In this document: positions 1 to 11,749 of the stretch, piece after piece | Position numbering within the stretch: the stretch's first letter is position 1 | Layout: each line of letters opens with the position of its first letter | Source: Psammoneis japonica | Taxonomy: Eukaryota | Length of the DNA stretch: 20,219 nt | Assembly (NCBI GenBank): GCA_008632985.1 | Contig: QPGO01000264.1 | Coordinates: 62,001 to 82,219 of the forward strand | Direction of reading: 5' to 3' | Notes under the pieces: model-generated | Databases searched by the model: none | The model's input: only the letters and a program-made list of their open reading frames with translations | What the model was told of the DNA's origin: nothing | Program-made: the position numbers and the translations under genes

Positions 1-135
1 TTCCACTCAACTCAAAGATGCAATGCAAAGTGAGAGGGACACCACATGGGAGGCACCAGTGCAGTCTGTCCAGCACCAATTTGAGTTTGTCATTTGCAGC
101 AGGCACCAGTGTGGTTTTGAAATTTTTGTTGCCCA

Positions 136-238
136 GCCAGGTTGAAGACATCTTCTTCCATCTCATTTGACAATCTTGAGACTGCCATGGCCAGGTTGAA
201 GACATCTTCCATCTCACTTGGCAGTCTCAAGACTGCCA
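136..238 (+). repeat. Imperfect tandem duplication, period about 54 bp
   Basis: gccaggttgaagacatctt...gactgcca starts at 136 and again at 190; the second copy lacks one ctt and has several transitions. Confidence 0.85.
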
Positions 239-418
239 CAGTCTGCAACAAGAAACCTCCGTTTTCTCACCATGGTGAGCAAGCTGCAAAGGGAAGAAGA
301 TGACAGGTGTTGCACAGAGATTTACCTTTTTCTGCACCAACCTCATTCTTGCAATGCTTGCACGAGGCTCAAGGCTCTCCTTTGAAGGAAAGGAAAAGGA
401 AAGACCCATTTCTTTGTC

Positions 419-1930
419 TTGTCATGGAAGCAAACTGGCTCAAATCTTCTTTGTGGGATCTTGCGCCATCATCCAGAAATTGCAATGCACAACGAGCTGT
501 TCAACCCAACTGACATCTTTGTGCATTGTCCATCAATCACGAGGCATGTTGGTGAAGACCCAAATGACAAGGGCTTGCAATGGACTCACCTTGCTCGGGA
601 TCTCTGCCCAGATGGAATTCTGGAGCACATTTGGACCGGCAAGTGTGCCAGCAGCAAAGAAATCAAGGAAGGAGCAAGGCTGTAGAACTCAAGTCATTTC
701 CCAACAACTGGCCTGGCAAGAATGAAGACATCTGGAGAACGTCAATCTTGGAAAACCACTGCATCAAAAAGATCATGCTGTGCCAAGAAGATGAGCTTGC
801 AGTCTTCATTTTGATGCCACGTGCAGAAAAGAATGGACCCTGCATGAGACTCTCAAGCACCCCAAAGGTCTCAAGGTTCACACAGACCCAGCGTGCTTTC
901 AGGCATTTGTCAACAACTGCAGAGACACCTTTCAATGCAAGCACAAGTCTCCAACAGAAAAACGTGATGCTTTCCAAATCAATTGTGAGCAGATTGTAGA
1001 AGAAGAGCACTTTGATGAAAATGTCTGGCCTCTTCTCTGGCACTTCTTAGAAGTTGATGACAGTGCAACACCAAAGCGGCTCAAGGAGATTGTGGGGTAA
1101 GCTGATGATGACAAGAACCCATCAGAAATCATTTCAAGCTGTGAAGAACTCAAGTTCTGCTTCCGACATGCCAACATGATGCCTTTTCTACATGGGCATC
1201 AAGCACGATGTCTTCTGCATTCAACAAATCTGCTGGCAAGGTGAAGGCTGCTGGAGATCATCTGCTCAAGAAGGCAAGCTTCACAGTCGTTGGACAATTC
1301 TCCTCCCCATTTGCTCTAGAAGGACTCAAAGCAACACCAACAGGGTTTTGCACCGGGATGCGATCATCACCAACTTCAAAGCCAACCGGCTTTTCGAACT
1401 TGTGAGTTCCTCTCAACACTCAGTGGTGGACACTTTTGCAGAAGGTGAATGTTGGGTGCACCTTGAAAACTTTGCCTCTTCCCTGAAGGAAACTTGTTCT
1501 TCCCAGAAGCTCAAAGACACAGTGTGCGTCATTGGAATTGACGTGGACAACAAGATCTTAATTTCAAATCATGCAAAACATCAGATCAGCGACGTGCTTT
1601 GTCCATGCAAGGTTGTTTTTGTTTCCATCTCTGCCATCATGTGCTGTCATGTCTGCAGGATTTGGAGCCACCTGGTGAGCAACACTGGTCAACATGGCAA
1701 CTTTGTTGTGCTTTTTGGCGATGACATTGTTTTGGAAACAAAAGGATGGCAAGACAGAGTTGAGGCACGTTTCCACAAGATTGCAGTTCAAACAGGATTG
1801 CCCTTTGGTGCTGCGCACATCACTCTAAATGACAAGTCATTTCCCAGCTTTCCCACCTTTCCTGCTGTCCATCGATGGTGCATCAACCACTTTGACCACC
1901 TGTTGCTGAAGCAGCTCATGAGTCAGGGAG
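419..1930 (+). pseudogene. 5' part of a degenerate gene: Stf0-like sulfotransferase domain followed by a glycosyltransferase family 2-like domain
   Basis: ORF pieces WKQTGSNLLCGILRHHPEIAMHNELFNP (resembles the sulfotransferase RTGS PAPS loop) and ILLPICSR...IGIDVD...VCRIW...FVVLFGDDI...FPSFPTFPAVHRW (GT2-like DxD region). Many stops and frameshifts; no Tyr in the 272-aa ORF. The true start may lie further upstream. Confidence 0.7.
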
Positions 1931-2021
1931 CAGAGGTGCACAAATCGTCTGTTGTTGTTCGCACACGTGCATTCGCACACTCAGCGCGTGCACGAACGAC
2001 AAAACGATGAGGTGGATCATG
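1931..2021 (+). repeat. Left TIR of the hAT element
   Basis: Reverse complement of 4424-4514; the mismatches are all transitions at CA/TG/CG positions. Weaker similarity continues to about 2074 versus 4361 (ttttatggagc). Confidence 0.9.
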
Positions 2022-3013
2022 CTGGCACTTCCGCCTGTCACGGCGTGCTGTGCGTTTAAGAATTTTTATGGAGCTGAAAGTGGTTCAATTGCTGAAACGT
2101 CACACAACAGCACAATGCATCAACATCAATTCAGACAGCTCTACATCCAAAGCAGAGCAGTGATGCCTCAACCCAATGTTTCCTTTCCAATCTACAACAT
2201 CTTCTTCATTTATGATGGTGAGCAAAGTTCAGCAGCACTGTGGGCAATGGAGAAAATTCACTGTTTGTGCTCACGCCTTCATTCTTTTTCTTTGTTTTTG
2301 CTGTCAGGTGTTTCAGCGACGGCGTTTCTCAGGATGAACATTTGCCGGTGGCTGCAGTTGGTCGAGTGCGAATTGGCTTGGTCGCAACCATCATTTTGGC
2401 AAAGCAAAATGGAGCATGTTTCATGTGAGCTTGTCTTCTCTGCTGTTTGTAAATTGTGGCTTTGACAGCTGCATGTTGAAGAAATGTTCTCACCGACTCT
2501 GCTGTCTGCTGCTTGTGTAATTGCCACAGGATGTCCACTTGTGCAACTGCCACAGAAAATGTCAATGCACCCATTTGAAGTGGAGTGGGCTGTCCTGCAT
2601 GTGGTCGTGCATCAACGTCCAAAGCAGTGTGTCCATGATGATGTGGATGCAGGGTTTGCGCCCTAATTCACTGAAGCCCAAAGATGTCTGGTGTGGAACT
2701 CCGCAATTTTGTGCGTGGGAAGGTTGATGGCGAGCAAAGCATGATTGACAATGCCATGTCACGACACTTGTTGGTGTTTGGTGCACACACTGACAACGAA
2801 GCTTTTGTTTCCGCGTGCAGGAACTGGTGACTTGAGGAGATGATAGAGAGCTTTCTAGACACGTGCACATGCGACAAGACAGCAAGTCTTGGTCGCCAAT
2901 GCGATGCGATCGAGAGAACACGATGCCTTGGCTGCTCACTAGAGTCAATCCTCTCTACTTGCACCTCTCTAGCAGCCACCAGTCCACTCTCTAGAGAGAG
3001 ACAGAGCAACTGA

Positions 3014-3037
3014 CTCTCTCTCTCTCTCTCTCTCTCT
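3014..3037 (+). repeat. (CT)12 microsatellite in a CTCTAG-rich patch
   Basis: Read directly from the sequence. Confidence 0.95.
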
Positions 3038-4423
3038 GCCAGACAAGAGAGGGAGGGCCCCAAAACTTTGTCAGTTCGGTCTCTCTCTAGCTGTTTCTCT
3101 AGCTAGAGCAGAGAGGTCATGCCCGCCAACCTTGCCAGCAGCAACAGATTGGTGCATCTCCGGTCCACAATTTTGCAAAACATCAAACGAAATGTGCTGC
3201 CATGGTCTTGCAATTGTTGCCGGCAGTTTGAAGAAGATGGAGTCCAGCTGCCAGCTAGAGAGGTCGTTCCATTGTTGTCATTCAAATTTCATCTTTCATT
3301 GTTCAGCTCATGTCATGTGACACAATGGCACCAGTTGGACCACATGACATGCGATGCTCTTCAGATCCAGCGGCATCATGAATGCAGGTGCATGGCAGCA
3401 GGCAGCTCCTGTTGTGTGGTGTCTCAAGAAACGCTCGGCGTCAAAGCTGTTCATTGCCCGGATCGAACGTGAAGACAAGTGTCACACAGGACGAGCCCTG
3501 TCGCGGTCGACTGTTGAGGCTAAAGAACAAAAGAAATGGGAATCCATGATGATTGTTTCCATGTGCAAGGCACTCAGTTGGTGTGTGATTTGCACAACAG
3601 AAGGCACCAATGGGCCAGTCCAAGAAGCAGTTGCTGATGACGCCTCCTCCTTGGTTGCTTCTTCACCATTGTTGCCTTCAATGGTTTCCCTGATGATGGC
3701 ACGAGCCACTCGTTCCAAGGAAAATGAGTCAATGATGGCCTGCACATCCCCTTGGAGGCAAGCGGTGCTTGGATGCATCCATGCTTGTTGGTGCCATCCG
3801 CATTTTCCTCCAGCAACACACGCTCGGATTCATGCACAATTCCCATGCTGCATGCAGCATCTAAACCCATGGGAGCAGTGACATTTCGATGCACACCTCC
3901 GGCACCAGGCAACAGATCCAACTCAATCTGCACTCCATCGTTGGCAGCAAGTCACATGGATTTCTTGACTCCGTTTCTCTCCACCAACTTGAGGTAAAAA
4001 TGGTGTCTGGCAACAACCATTTCACCTTTTCCCTTGAATCCCTGTTCAAGCAAGTGAACAAAGGAAGCTCTCAAAGCAACAGCAGCCACCTTTTTCCCTT
4101 CTGGAACTTGGCAACAACCCAACAGCGGATGCGCGGCATTTGTGGCAATGCAGCACTGACCGATCTCTTTGCACATCAATTCACAATCACTCCAATTGCA
4201 TTGGCATTGATCACATGCCAGCAACTGTGACCTTGGCACATTGCGCGGAGCATCTGATGTCAGCACAAGTGATTGCATCATCGGGTGTGGCAGAACATGG
4301 ATGCAAACTTGTCGTTTGGTGTGCGTTGCGTCATGTCGAATTTGTAAAAATTTCGATTTTGCTCCATAAAATTTCTTGTGGGTGCAACAGGTCATGACAG
4401 ATCTTGCGTTGAAGATCTGCGCA

Positions 4424-4514
4424 CATGATCCACCTCATCGTTTTGTCGTTCGTGCGCACGCTGAGTGTGCGAATGCGCGTGTGTGAATGACAACAGACGA
4501 TTCATGCACCTCTG
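4424..4514 (-). repeat. Right TIR of the hAT element
   Basis: Inverted copy of 1931-2021. Confidence 0.9.
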
Positions 4515-5910
4515 TCAGGGAGGTGATCTGCACTTGTTTGAGCTGCACAGTTGATGGAATGCATCTTCCTTGGAAATGTCTTGCAAGCTCAGGAAGACAC
4601 TCGGCAGGGACAGCTTTGTGTGGCATGAAAAATGTGCCATCAATTGGCCAGGTCAGATCCTCACATTAAGTCTGATGAAGCTTGAACGTTTTCCAGGTGC
4701 TGGGAAACCCACTGGCCTCTGCATTGATGTTGTTGTCCCATCCTGCTGATGCAACAACAGAAGCATTCTCAAAAAGATTGCAAGTCTTTGCTCTGCCCAG
4801 CATTTGAATGTGAGATTTTGGGCTGTTGCTGATCACCCGACGGAGCCCCATCTCGCAGATGTCAGAAGGCTGGCAACTGACATGCAAGAAAAGCAAGATG
4901 ATGGCAATTGCTTTGTCAATGTGATTCACTGCAGCAAAAACTGAGGTGCAAGCTGTGCAAGAAACACTGGGCACAACTGTTCAACAGATGATTGGGTTCT
5001 TTTTCTTGATGATGATGCTGTTGCTGATGATCACATTCGTCTTTGTTGGGCAAACATCTTTCCTGTTACCTTGCAATGCATGGACTGACATTCGGCATGC
5101 CAGCAATGTCGTGTGCTTTTGAGAAACAATGACGCATCAAGCTCACCCTCCATGTGGGGCATCACTGCAAACCTTCTTGTGCGTGGCTCTCATCTTAACC
5201 ACACAATTCAGTTCAAGGATTTGCACCCAAAGACCGGAGGTGGAGAAGATGTTGATTTCATCTTTTCAGATGAAAGAGTGGTGTTGAAAGGAAGGGAACG
5301 CAATGTGCGCTGTCGTTGGCATTCCAGGTGCAACTGCATCCCATCCATGGTGGAGAGGAGGAAGAGTCTGCTGCAAACAAATTTGAGGTTGAGCCTGGGG
5401 TGACTCTTTGTGCATCACCGAGTGGCCAGAGAAATTGCATTTTTGCCTGCCAAACTGGGTCGAATTCATTGCATGCATTCTTCCTGTTGTTGGCTGTTTT
5501 TCCAGCAACTGCAATGGAGCTCTCCATTCTGTTCTCTTCATTGCTGTCCTGGATCCCTGGGTGAAAGAGTCCACGTTTTACACTGCTGCACTTGCCAATC
5601 CATGGAATGATGGGTCATTGTTGCGAGCATCGCTTGTCACTCTCGGTGCAAGTGCGGTGATCTCATCGCAAGAAATTGCCCACTTGCTTGCACTCATTTG
5701 GCATCTAAGTCTTTTGTCATTGAATGGATTGGTTTGATGGACAGGCAAAGACGCAAGTGCTTGACATCCAGCTGCGTGCAGGTGTTTTCTTCCTTGTCAA
5801 TTTTTTTGTCACTTGCCACCTTTGTGAGGTGTTTCTTGATCCTTTTGCGGTGCTTCTTCACTGTGGCTGTTGATGAAGCAAGGAATTTGATCATTCACTT
5901 TTGTGGATAA
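4515..5910 (+). pseudogene. 3' part of the same glycosyltransferase-2-like pseudogene
   Basis: Continues QGGDLHLFELHS*WNA, then FFLDDD, GITANLLVRGS...HPKTGGGEDVDF and GDSLCITEWPEK...LPNWVEF, followed by hydrophobic C-terminal segments. Multiple frameshifts and stops. Confidence 0.7.
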
Positions 5911-6002
5911 GTTGGCATTAGTGTGTGCATAACTGTCATCGTGCATTAATATTTTGAGGATTTCAAACGCAGTGGGACAACTCAGCAGATCTACTTCGTC
6001 CT

Positions 6003-9000
6003 TCACGCAGCCTGTGCTACACCTTTTCCGGCATCCACAAGGCTTACCCACAGAGAGAAGACAGTGTTGAGCCGCATCTTGTCTTCCACTCCCTTGAAAA
6101 GAGCAAATCCTTCTGTTCTGTATTCTGTCAATGGATCCAGATACTGGTGTTGCCGCAAAATTACGCTTTCTTTCAAACCTTCCATTGACTGCAAGTGATC
6201 ACTCCATGCATTGTCCATTGACACAAGAGCAATGTAGTTTGCTGATCGAGAAAGAGATTCCGGTGAAAGAGATTTAATCTTTGAGTTGAAAACCTCCTCA
6301 ATGGCCACATTGATGAGAAATTTCACCCCATTTTTCGTCCCGTCCAGACAAATCGCTTGTCTTCAACAAGGGTCCAACCGGCGGGAAAAACTGACCAATC
6401 TTCTCTGCTACCTTCTCGACATTAACCGAGCCATCTTCACCAACCTGAGCCTTCACGATGTCTTCCACTGTGTCCTTGTTGTACGTTTTCACTATTTCCA
6501 GAGTATCTCCAGGGCGTCGAAAATAAAATGCTACGGCGACGGTTGTAGATCAAACTGCGTTGGTCGTTGAGCACCTCGTCAAATTTAAAGACTTCCCCGC
6601 GTATTTCGCGGTATTTTCCTTCCACGGCTCGTTGAACCTTGTCGATCGCTTCAGTGATTTGATCTGCTTCCACCGGCATGTCGTCCGATACTCGAAACAT
6701 TTTCAGCATTTTCTGGAGACTGTCACCGCCAAAAATAACAAACGACCGCGTAGCTGCATGTTGATGCGAGAACTTTCATGGCGATTAGTCCCCAAGACAT
6801 ACAAATCACCGCTTTTCAGAACCCGCTCTTTTTCTTCTTCCAAGACGGGTTTGTACACACTTTTTACAGCCTCCGCAGCGTCACGAAGTTTAATGATGAG
6901 ATCGGGATCTTCTTCGTTTTCGGTAGTGTCAGTTGCAACCGTCAAGATTTCGTCTAAATCGATAGCCGTAAGGTCTTTTCCAATCTCTTTCTTGATGGCG
7001 GAAGCCGCTTCCTTCAATGAAAGAACGACATCATCATCGATAGGACAAGGGAAATAGTCTTCAGAAGGCGAAGGAGGGAGCGTCGAAGCCTCCTCCTCAG
7101 ACAAAACTCCTTGCTCTACAAGAACAGACCTTGTTTTGATTCGAGCCATTGTTGTGGGACAACCACCCAGTAGAACCACCCAGTAGAATATCCTACCACC
7201 CCCAGCCATGTTTGTCGCAACCGTCACTACACCAACTCGTCCAGTTTGTGCGACGATTTCGGATTCGCGCGGCGCATTCTTTGGCGATGCATTGAGTAGC
7301 TCAGCCTCGATCCCCTCTTCTGCAAGGGCAGCTACAACCATTTCACTCTGTGCTACAGACGTGGTTCCGATTAGGCAGGGTCGACCATCCTCTTGGCCAC
7401 CACCGACGCCGAGTACTTCTTTGATCAGGGCATCATTTGCGGCCTTTCGTGTCTTGAATGCTACATCAGGATAATCGCGACGCGCAACTGGAAGCGCCGT
7501 AGGCACAGGCGTCACCTTTAGGTTGTACGTCAATTCCAATTCGTCGGCATCGGCCATTGCAGTTCCTGTCATGCCGGACAAGCGAGAATGTTCTGTTGGA
7601 GATAGCAAGAGAAGTGCGCCAGCGTTTTGACCCTCAAGTGCGAAGCTGGGCGCACGATTCGTCCTAAAGTAGAAGGAGTAGCGTACCTGATAAGTCACTT
7701 TTGCAATTACTTGACTTTGCTGCGAGACTTCGATACCCTCTTTGGCTTCGATGCTTTGGTGAAGGCCGTCCGACCACCTACGCCCATCCAAAACTCGCCC
7801 AGTAAATGCATCGATGATTCCAACACCATTCTCCTTACCATTCTCATCAGTCAGAATGGTGTACTCGACGTCTTTGTTGAAGAGCTCCTTGGCTTTCACC
7901 GTCTGCCTGGATAGCGAAAAGGCTATCAATACCCAATGCATTTTCTGCGTCGCGGTATCCCGTTTCAGTACGTACACAATTCTTATTCTTCTCATCCACT
8001 GTGTACTGGACATCTTTTCCAGGGCTTGTGCCAGGGTGCTGGCCGTTGCATACTTGTTGGCAGGCGCAGCAACCTGTTTCGAGATAACCAATGGGGTCCT
8101 CGCCTCATCAATCAATACCGAATCCGCCTCATCCACAACCCAAAAACCATTGAACTCTCCGGCACCCCCGGGCAAGATAGTTTGCGCAGGTGACAATGCC
8201 AAGTGGTCACGAAGGTAGTCAAATCCGAGTTCCGAATTCGTCACGTAGACAACATTACAAGCATACGACTTTTTCCGTTGCTCTTCTGTCATACCACTCT
8301 GAATAAGACCAACAGTCAATCCCAAGAATCGATGGACTTGGCCCATTTTCTCCATATCTCTTCTCGCCAAATAGTCGTTTTACGGTAATGACAAAGGAGG
8401 TGTTGCCTGTCAAGGCATTGACATAGCAAGGCAACGTTGACACGAGAGTCTTTCCCTCTCCAGTGGCCATTTCGGTCAGTCTTCCATCGTGCAGAATCAA
8501 ACCACCTAGCATCTGTAAATCGTAATGCCGCAATTCCAAAACGCGCCTTTGAAAAAAGTGAAAAAATTGGAATGAGAAGCGGCCGCTATGGAAACGGTTT
8601 TAGAGCCAGAACTATCTTGCTTTCTTGTATCTCACCATGCAGCTTCCCTGACCACCGCGAAGGCTTCTTCCAACAAAGGACCATTCACGTCTTCTCCTTT
8701 CTTGAGTCTCTCATGAAATTCGTTAGTTTTGGCCAGCAATTCATCATCGTCTAATTCCTCGATCGTTTCTTCCAAGCCATTGATCCGGTCGACGCGAGTC
8801 TTGAGGCCGGCCAGGTGCTTGTCGTTTTGAGCCTTTCATGTCTTTTCATCCGTTCTCTCCATGAAGTCATCAAAAAGGACATTTTCAATGCACCATTGGG
8901 ACATGATAAATTGGTGTTTCTGGCAGAAGCAACCGAGTGTGATCGGGCAAAGGAAACCGCAGCTTTCTTTTGAGGAAAACAAACGAGGATGCCTAATATC

Positions 9001-9585
9001 CCTGGTCCGTTCCTGGTCTCACTTATGTGAGACAGTGCCGAAATCTCGGTCATAGTCATTCATCGGGTCATTCAACCCCCTGTCTCACATTTGTGAGACC
9101 AGGATTTTATTTACATCAACGTCATCCTATGCTATATAAAATTGTGTTTTGCACGTCCAATGCAACATCCTGCATGAAAAACCCACTTTTAAAATGGCAG
9201 CTCCCAAATGTTTGTTCTGTACAATCTACGTGTTTTCCAGCACAAATCCTGGTCTCACATTTCTGAGGCCAGGGCCACATTTGCACCTAAAATGCCTCTC
9301 CCTTCCGGGTGCATCATGGAAAGCCGCTTTAGATTGTTCAAACGACTTCAACCACCAGACACTTGCGTTTGAGCATGCTTTGACTCCTTCGGTCTGCTCA
9401 GGTGTCAAATGACCGGCTCCTGTGTTGTTGTGGGTCACTGAAAACCTGGTCTCACTCCAGTGAGACCAGAATTCGCGGACCAGGGATGCAGGCAGAAAGC
9501 CACAACAGTGCCGCTGCTGTGACACAGAATGATGACCACGTCCCCTGACTGCCCGACACAAACCAGGCTTGCACAGCGGCTTCAT
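6003..9585 (-). pseudogene. secA: Nuclear-encoded plastid-type preprotein translocase SecA, disrupted
   Basis: Motifs [94 protein letters not shown] and FDEVLNDQR. Introns at about 8547-8633 and 7593-7686. Predicted ATG at 9585 once the MITE is removed, giving MKPLC...GFLPILGILVCFPQKKAAVSFARS (AVS-F resembles the ASAFAP cleavage motif). In-frame TGA near 8838, several frameshifts, a 13-bp duplication and internal deletions. Confidence 0.9.
9000..9485. mobile_element. piggyBac-like MITE (486 bp) inserted in the secA presequence
   Basis: Ends CCCTGGTCCG...CGGACCAGGG; flanks ATAT (8996-8999) and ATGC (9486-9489); four internal palindromes of the type CCTGGTCTCAC-N4-GTGAGACCAGG. Excision with a 4-bp TSD restores an open secA N-terminus. 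The superfamily call rests on the CCC...GGG ends and the 4-bp TSD. Confidence 0.75.
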
Positions 9586-9949
9586 CACGGAAACGGTGAG
9601 CGTGTTTGTCTGTGTAAGAATCACTCAGGTGTGCCACATGAAAGAGGAATTAGGAATTTTAGAATCCTCTAATTGTGGAAAAATGCACACTGTCACCACA
9701 CACAAAATTTGTTGCTCAGAACCGCAGTCAACATGAATCGACAACAGCCGGTTGTTTTTCATGCAAACTGCTGACACTGAGGAAAAAATGAGACATGTTG
9801 TCGTTCATGGTGTTGTCGAGGCAATGTGTCATTTTTTCCTTAGTGTGAGATGTTTTGATGTCGTCATTGTCGACGTGGTTGACAATGGTGGATGGAATCT
9901 CACTCACCTCATTTCTCCTTGTTCATCTGTGTAGAATTCTATGCAAAGA

Positions 9950-10900
9950 ACACACCAGGTGTCGGCATCAATTTCTTCCCACCATGTGTGCCACCATTGT
10001 CACTCCATTGACCATTGCTGTTTTTCTCGGCATGTTTCTTGAAGTGTCTTGCATCCTTCAGCTCCCCAATGTGTTGCACCACCTGATTGTGTGGTGCCTT
10101 TTCCTGAGTGGAGTTGCGCAGACCAACAGTTTGGTTTTTTGCAGCCGCTCAGATCAACCACACTGCTTGTTGTCAAGAAATCCACCATCGGGCGAATGGC
10201 TCAAGGACCCAGGGGAAATGCAACTGCATCTCAATGATTCCGACTTCTTTGCAACATAGAAGGTAATCACAGACAACAGCACTAGAGTGTTGCCACTGCA
10301 ATTTTAACTTTCGCAGCTGCTTTTGCAGTCGAGTCCAACAAGTTTTCTGGCTCGCCCAAGAACTGGACAACATTGAGCCATGGGAATCTGTTTCTGGCAA
10401 GTGACACAACTCCAACAGTGAATTCACAAGCAAGCCATGCAGCCAGTCTATAAATCTGACACTTGCAAGACAATTCTCAGAGAGCACAACACTCAAACAC
10501 CGACATGCCAGTTGTTCAAGGGGTGCAGCTTTGAGCTCTCCTGCAGAGTGGCATCATTGTTGCACCAAAACAAGCTAAACAACAAAGCCTTGCTCTACAA
10601 AATTTACAGAGCAAGAGCTCCAATGCATGCAGCAAGGAATCCAGCTGCTGGAAAACTGGGTCCATGAGTGCACAAGCCACAAGCTCGCCATCTGCCAACA
10701 TTTCTCGGTCTTCCCCTGCCAGTTGCACAATGAGCGGTCCACCTTCCTTCCACCAAAATGGTTTCCACTCAACAGGTCTCCAAGGCAAGTCTGCTGTGAG
10801 GATGAGAAATGTTGTGCCAGTTCTTGTTCTTGATGAGCTGCCATCCCTCAACATTCTTGGAATGACGCTGAACGCCGATGCATTGTGCATGGGCAGAAAC
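9950..10900 (-). other. TpA-depleted degenerate sequence with coding-like fragments, identity unknown
   Basis: Minus-strand ORF fragments 10516-10890 and 10173-10496 look protein-like but I cannot assign a family. ORF length is inflated here because TAA/TAG are lost. Confidence 0.25.
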
Positions 10901-11749
10901 TCACTTCTGAATCAATTTTTGACAGAAAAAGCCCATCATGAAACAACCCCACACAATGAGACTCAGAAATGAAAAAAGAATGTAAAAACAACCCTCTGAT
11001 TGTCTCTGTCTTTTGCCATTGTCATGGTGACATGACAGCGGTGGATGTGAAAAAAGAGGTGAGAGATTGGGCAATGAGCACAGCTCACCATTCTCCATGA
11101 AACGCGTGTTGAAACCACTGTGCCTGCGGGGAGCATTGACCACTTGTGTGTCTTTCTTTGTGGCTGTGGGTGGGTGTGTGCGTGCCATTGCATGCTGCAT
11201 TGCCTGCACTGCGCACACGTGCAGCATCAGTGAAGACTCTACAGTGCAGTGGTGGCGTGGCCACCACACCGGTGACACAGATGACCATTGTGTTTGATGG
11301 CTCATGCCATTTTTGGGGCTGTGGCGAGGTGCGCGGACACTCTTTTTTTTCAATTTATCGCCAAAATGGCGCATCGCACAAACTCTCTCACTGTTCGACA
11401 TGTCCTTTCCAATGTGACCATTTCGTGCAGAATTCACGACATGTTGTCTTCATTCAAAGCTGGGTGCATTTTTCAACATGCCACACTGGCAACCCCAATT
11501 TTACAACACTTTCGAGCTCTCCTGAAAAACCGTTCCACGCACCCGTCGCAGGGAATTTGTCGATTTTTTAGGATGTCCCCATGACCTCTAATGTCCTCAA
11601 TGATCATTCCCCAAATCCGAACACATCATTCACACCAAATGACCCATGCCATTCTAAAATCTGAGGGACACACTTTCAAAAGCAGACAAACTGCCCGACC
11701 CCCTGACTGCCCGACTGCACAACTGCACAACCCCCCGACACGAAAAAGA

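Larger units (their letters stand above)
1931..4514. mobile_element. hAT-superfamily DNA transposon, probably non-autonomous or degenerate, 2584 bp
   Basis: Termini CAGAGGTGCA...TGCACCTCTG; 91-bp TIRs at 1931-2021 and 4424-4514; exact 8-bp TSD tcagggag at 1923-1930 and 4515-4522. Removing it rejoins the GT2 frame (SQG|GDLHLFELHS). No transposase recognised inside. Confidence 0.9.

Noticed and set aside
6703..8370. 555-aa ORF as an intact SecA
   Set aside because: It reads through an intron and compensating frameshifts and ends at the motif VI deletion.
8751..9059. ORF start MTMTEISALSHISETRNGPG as the SecA N-terminus
   Set aside because: These codons lie inside the MITE; the better start is at 9585.
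9542..11715. 16-bp direct match cccctgactgcccgac at 9542 and 11700 as element ends
   Set aside because: No extension beyond the match, one copy lies in the secA presequence, and chance is plausible in composition-biased DNA.
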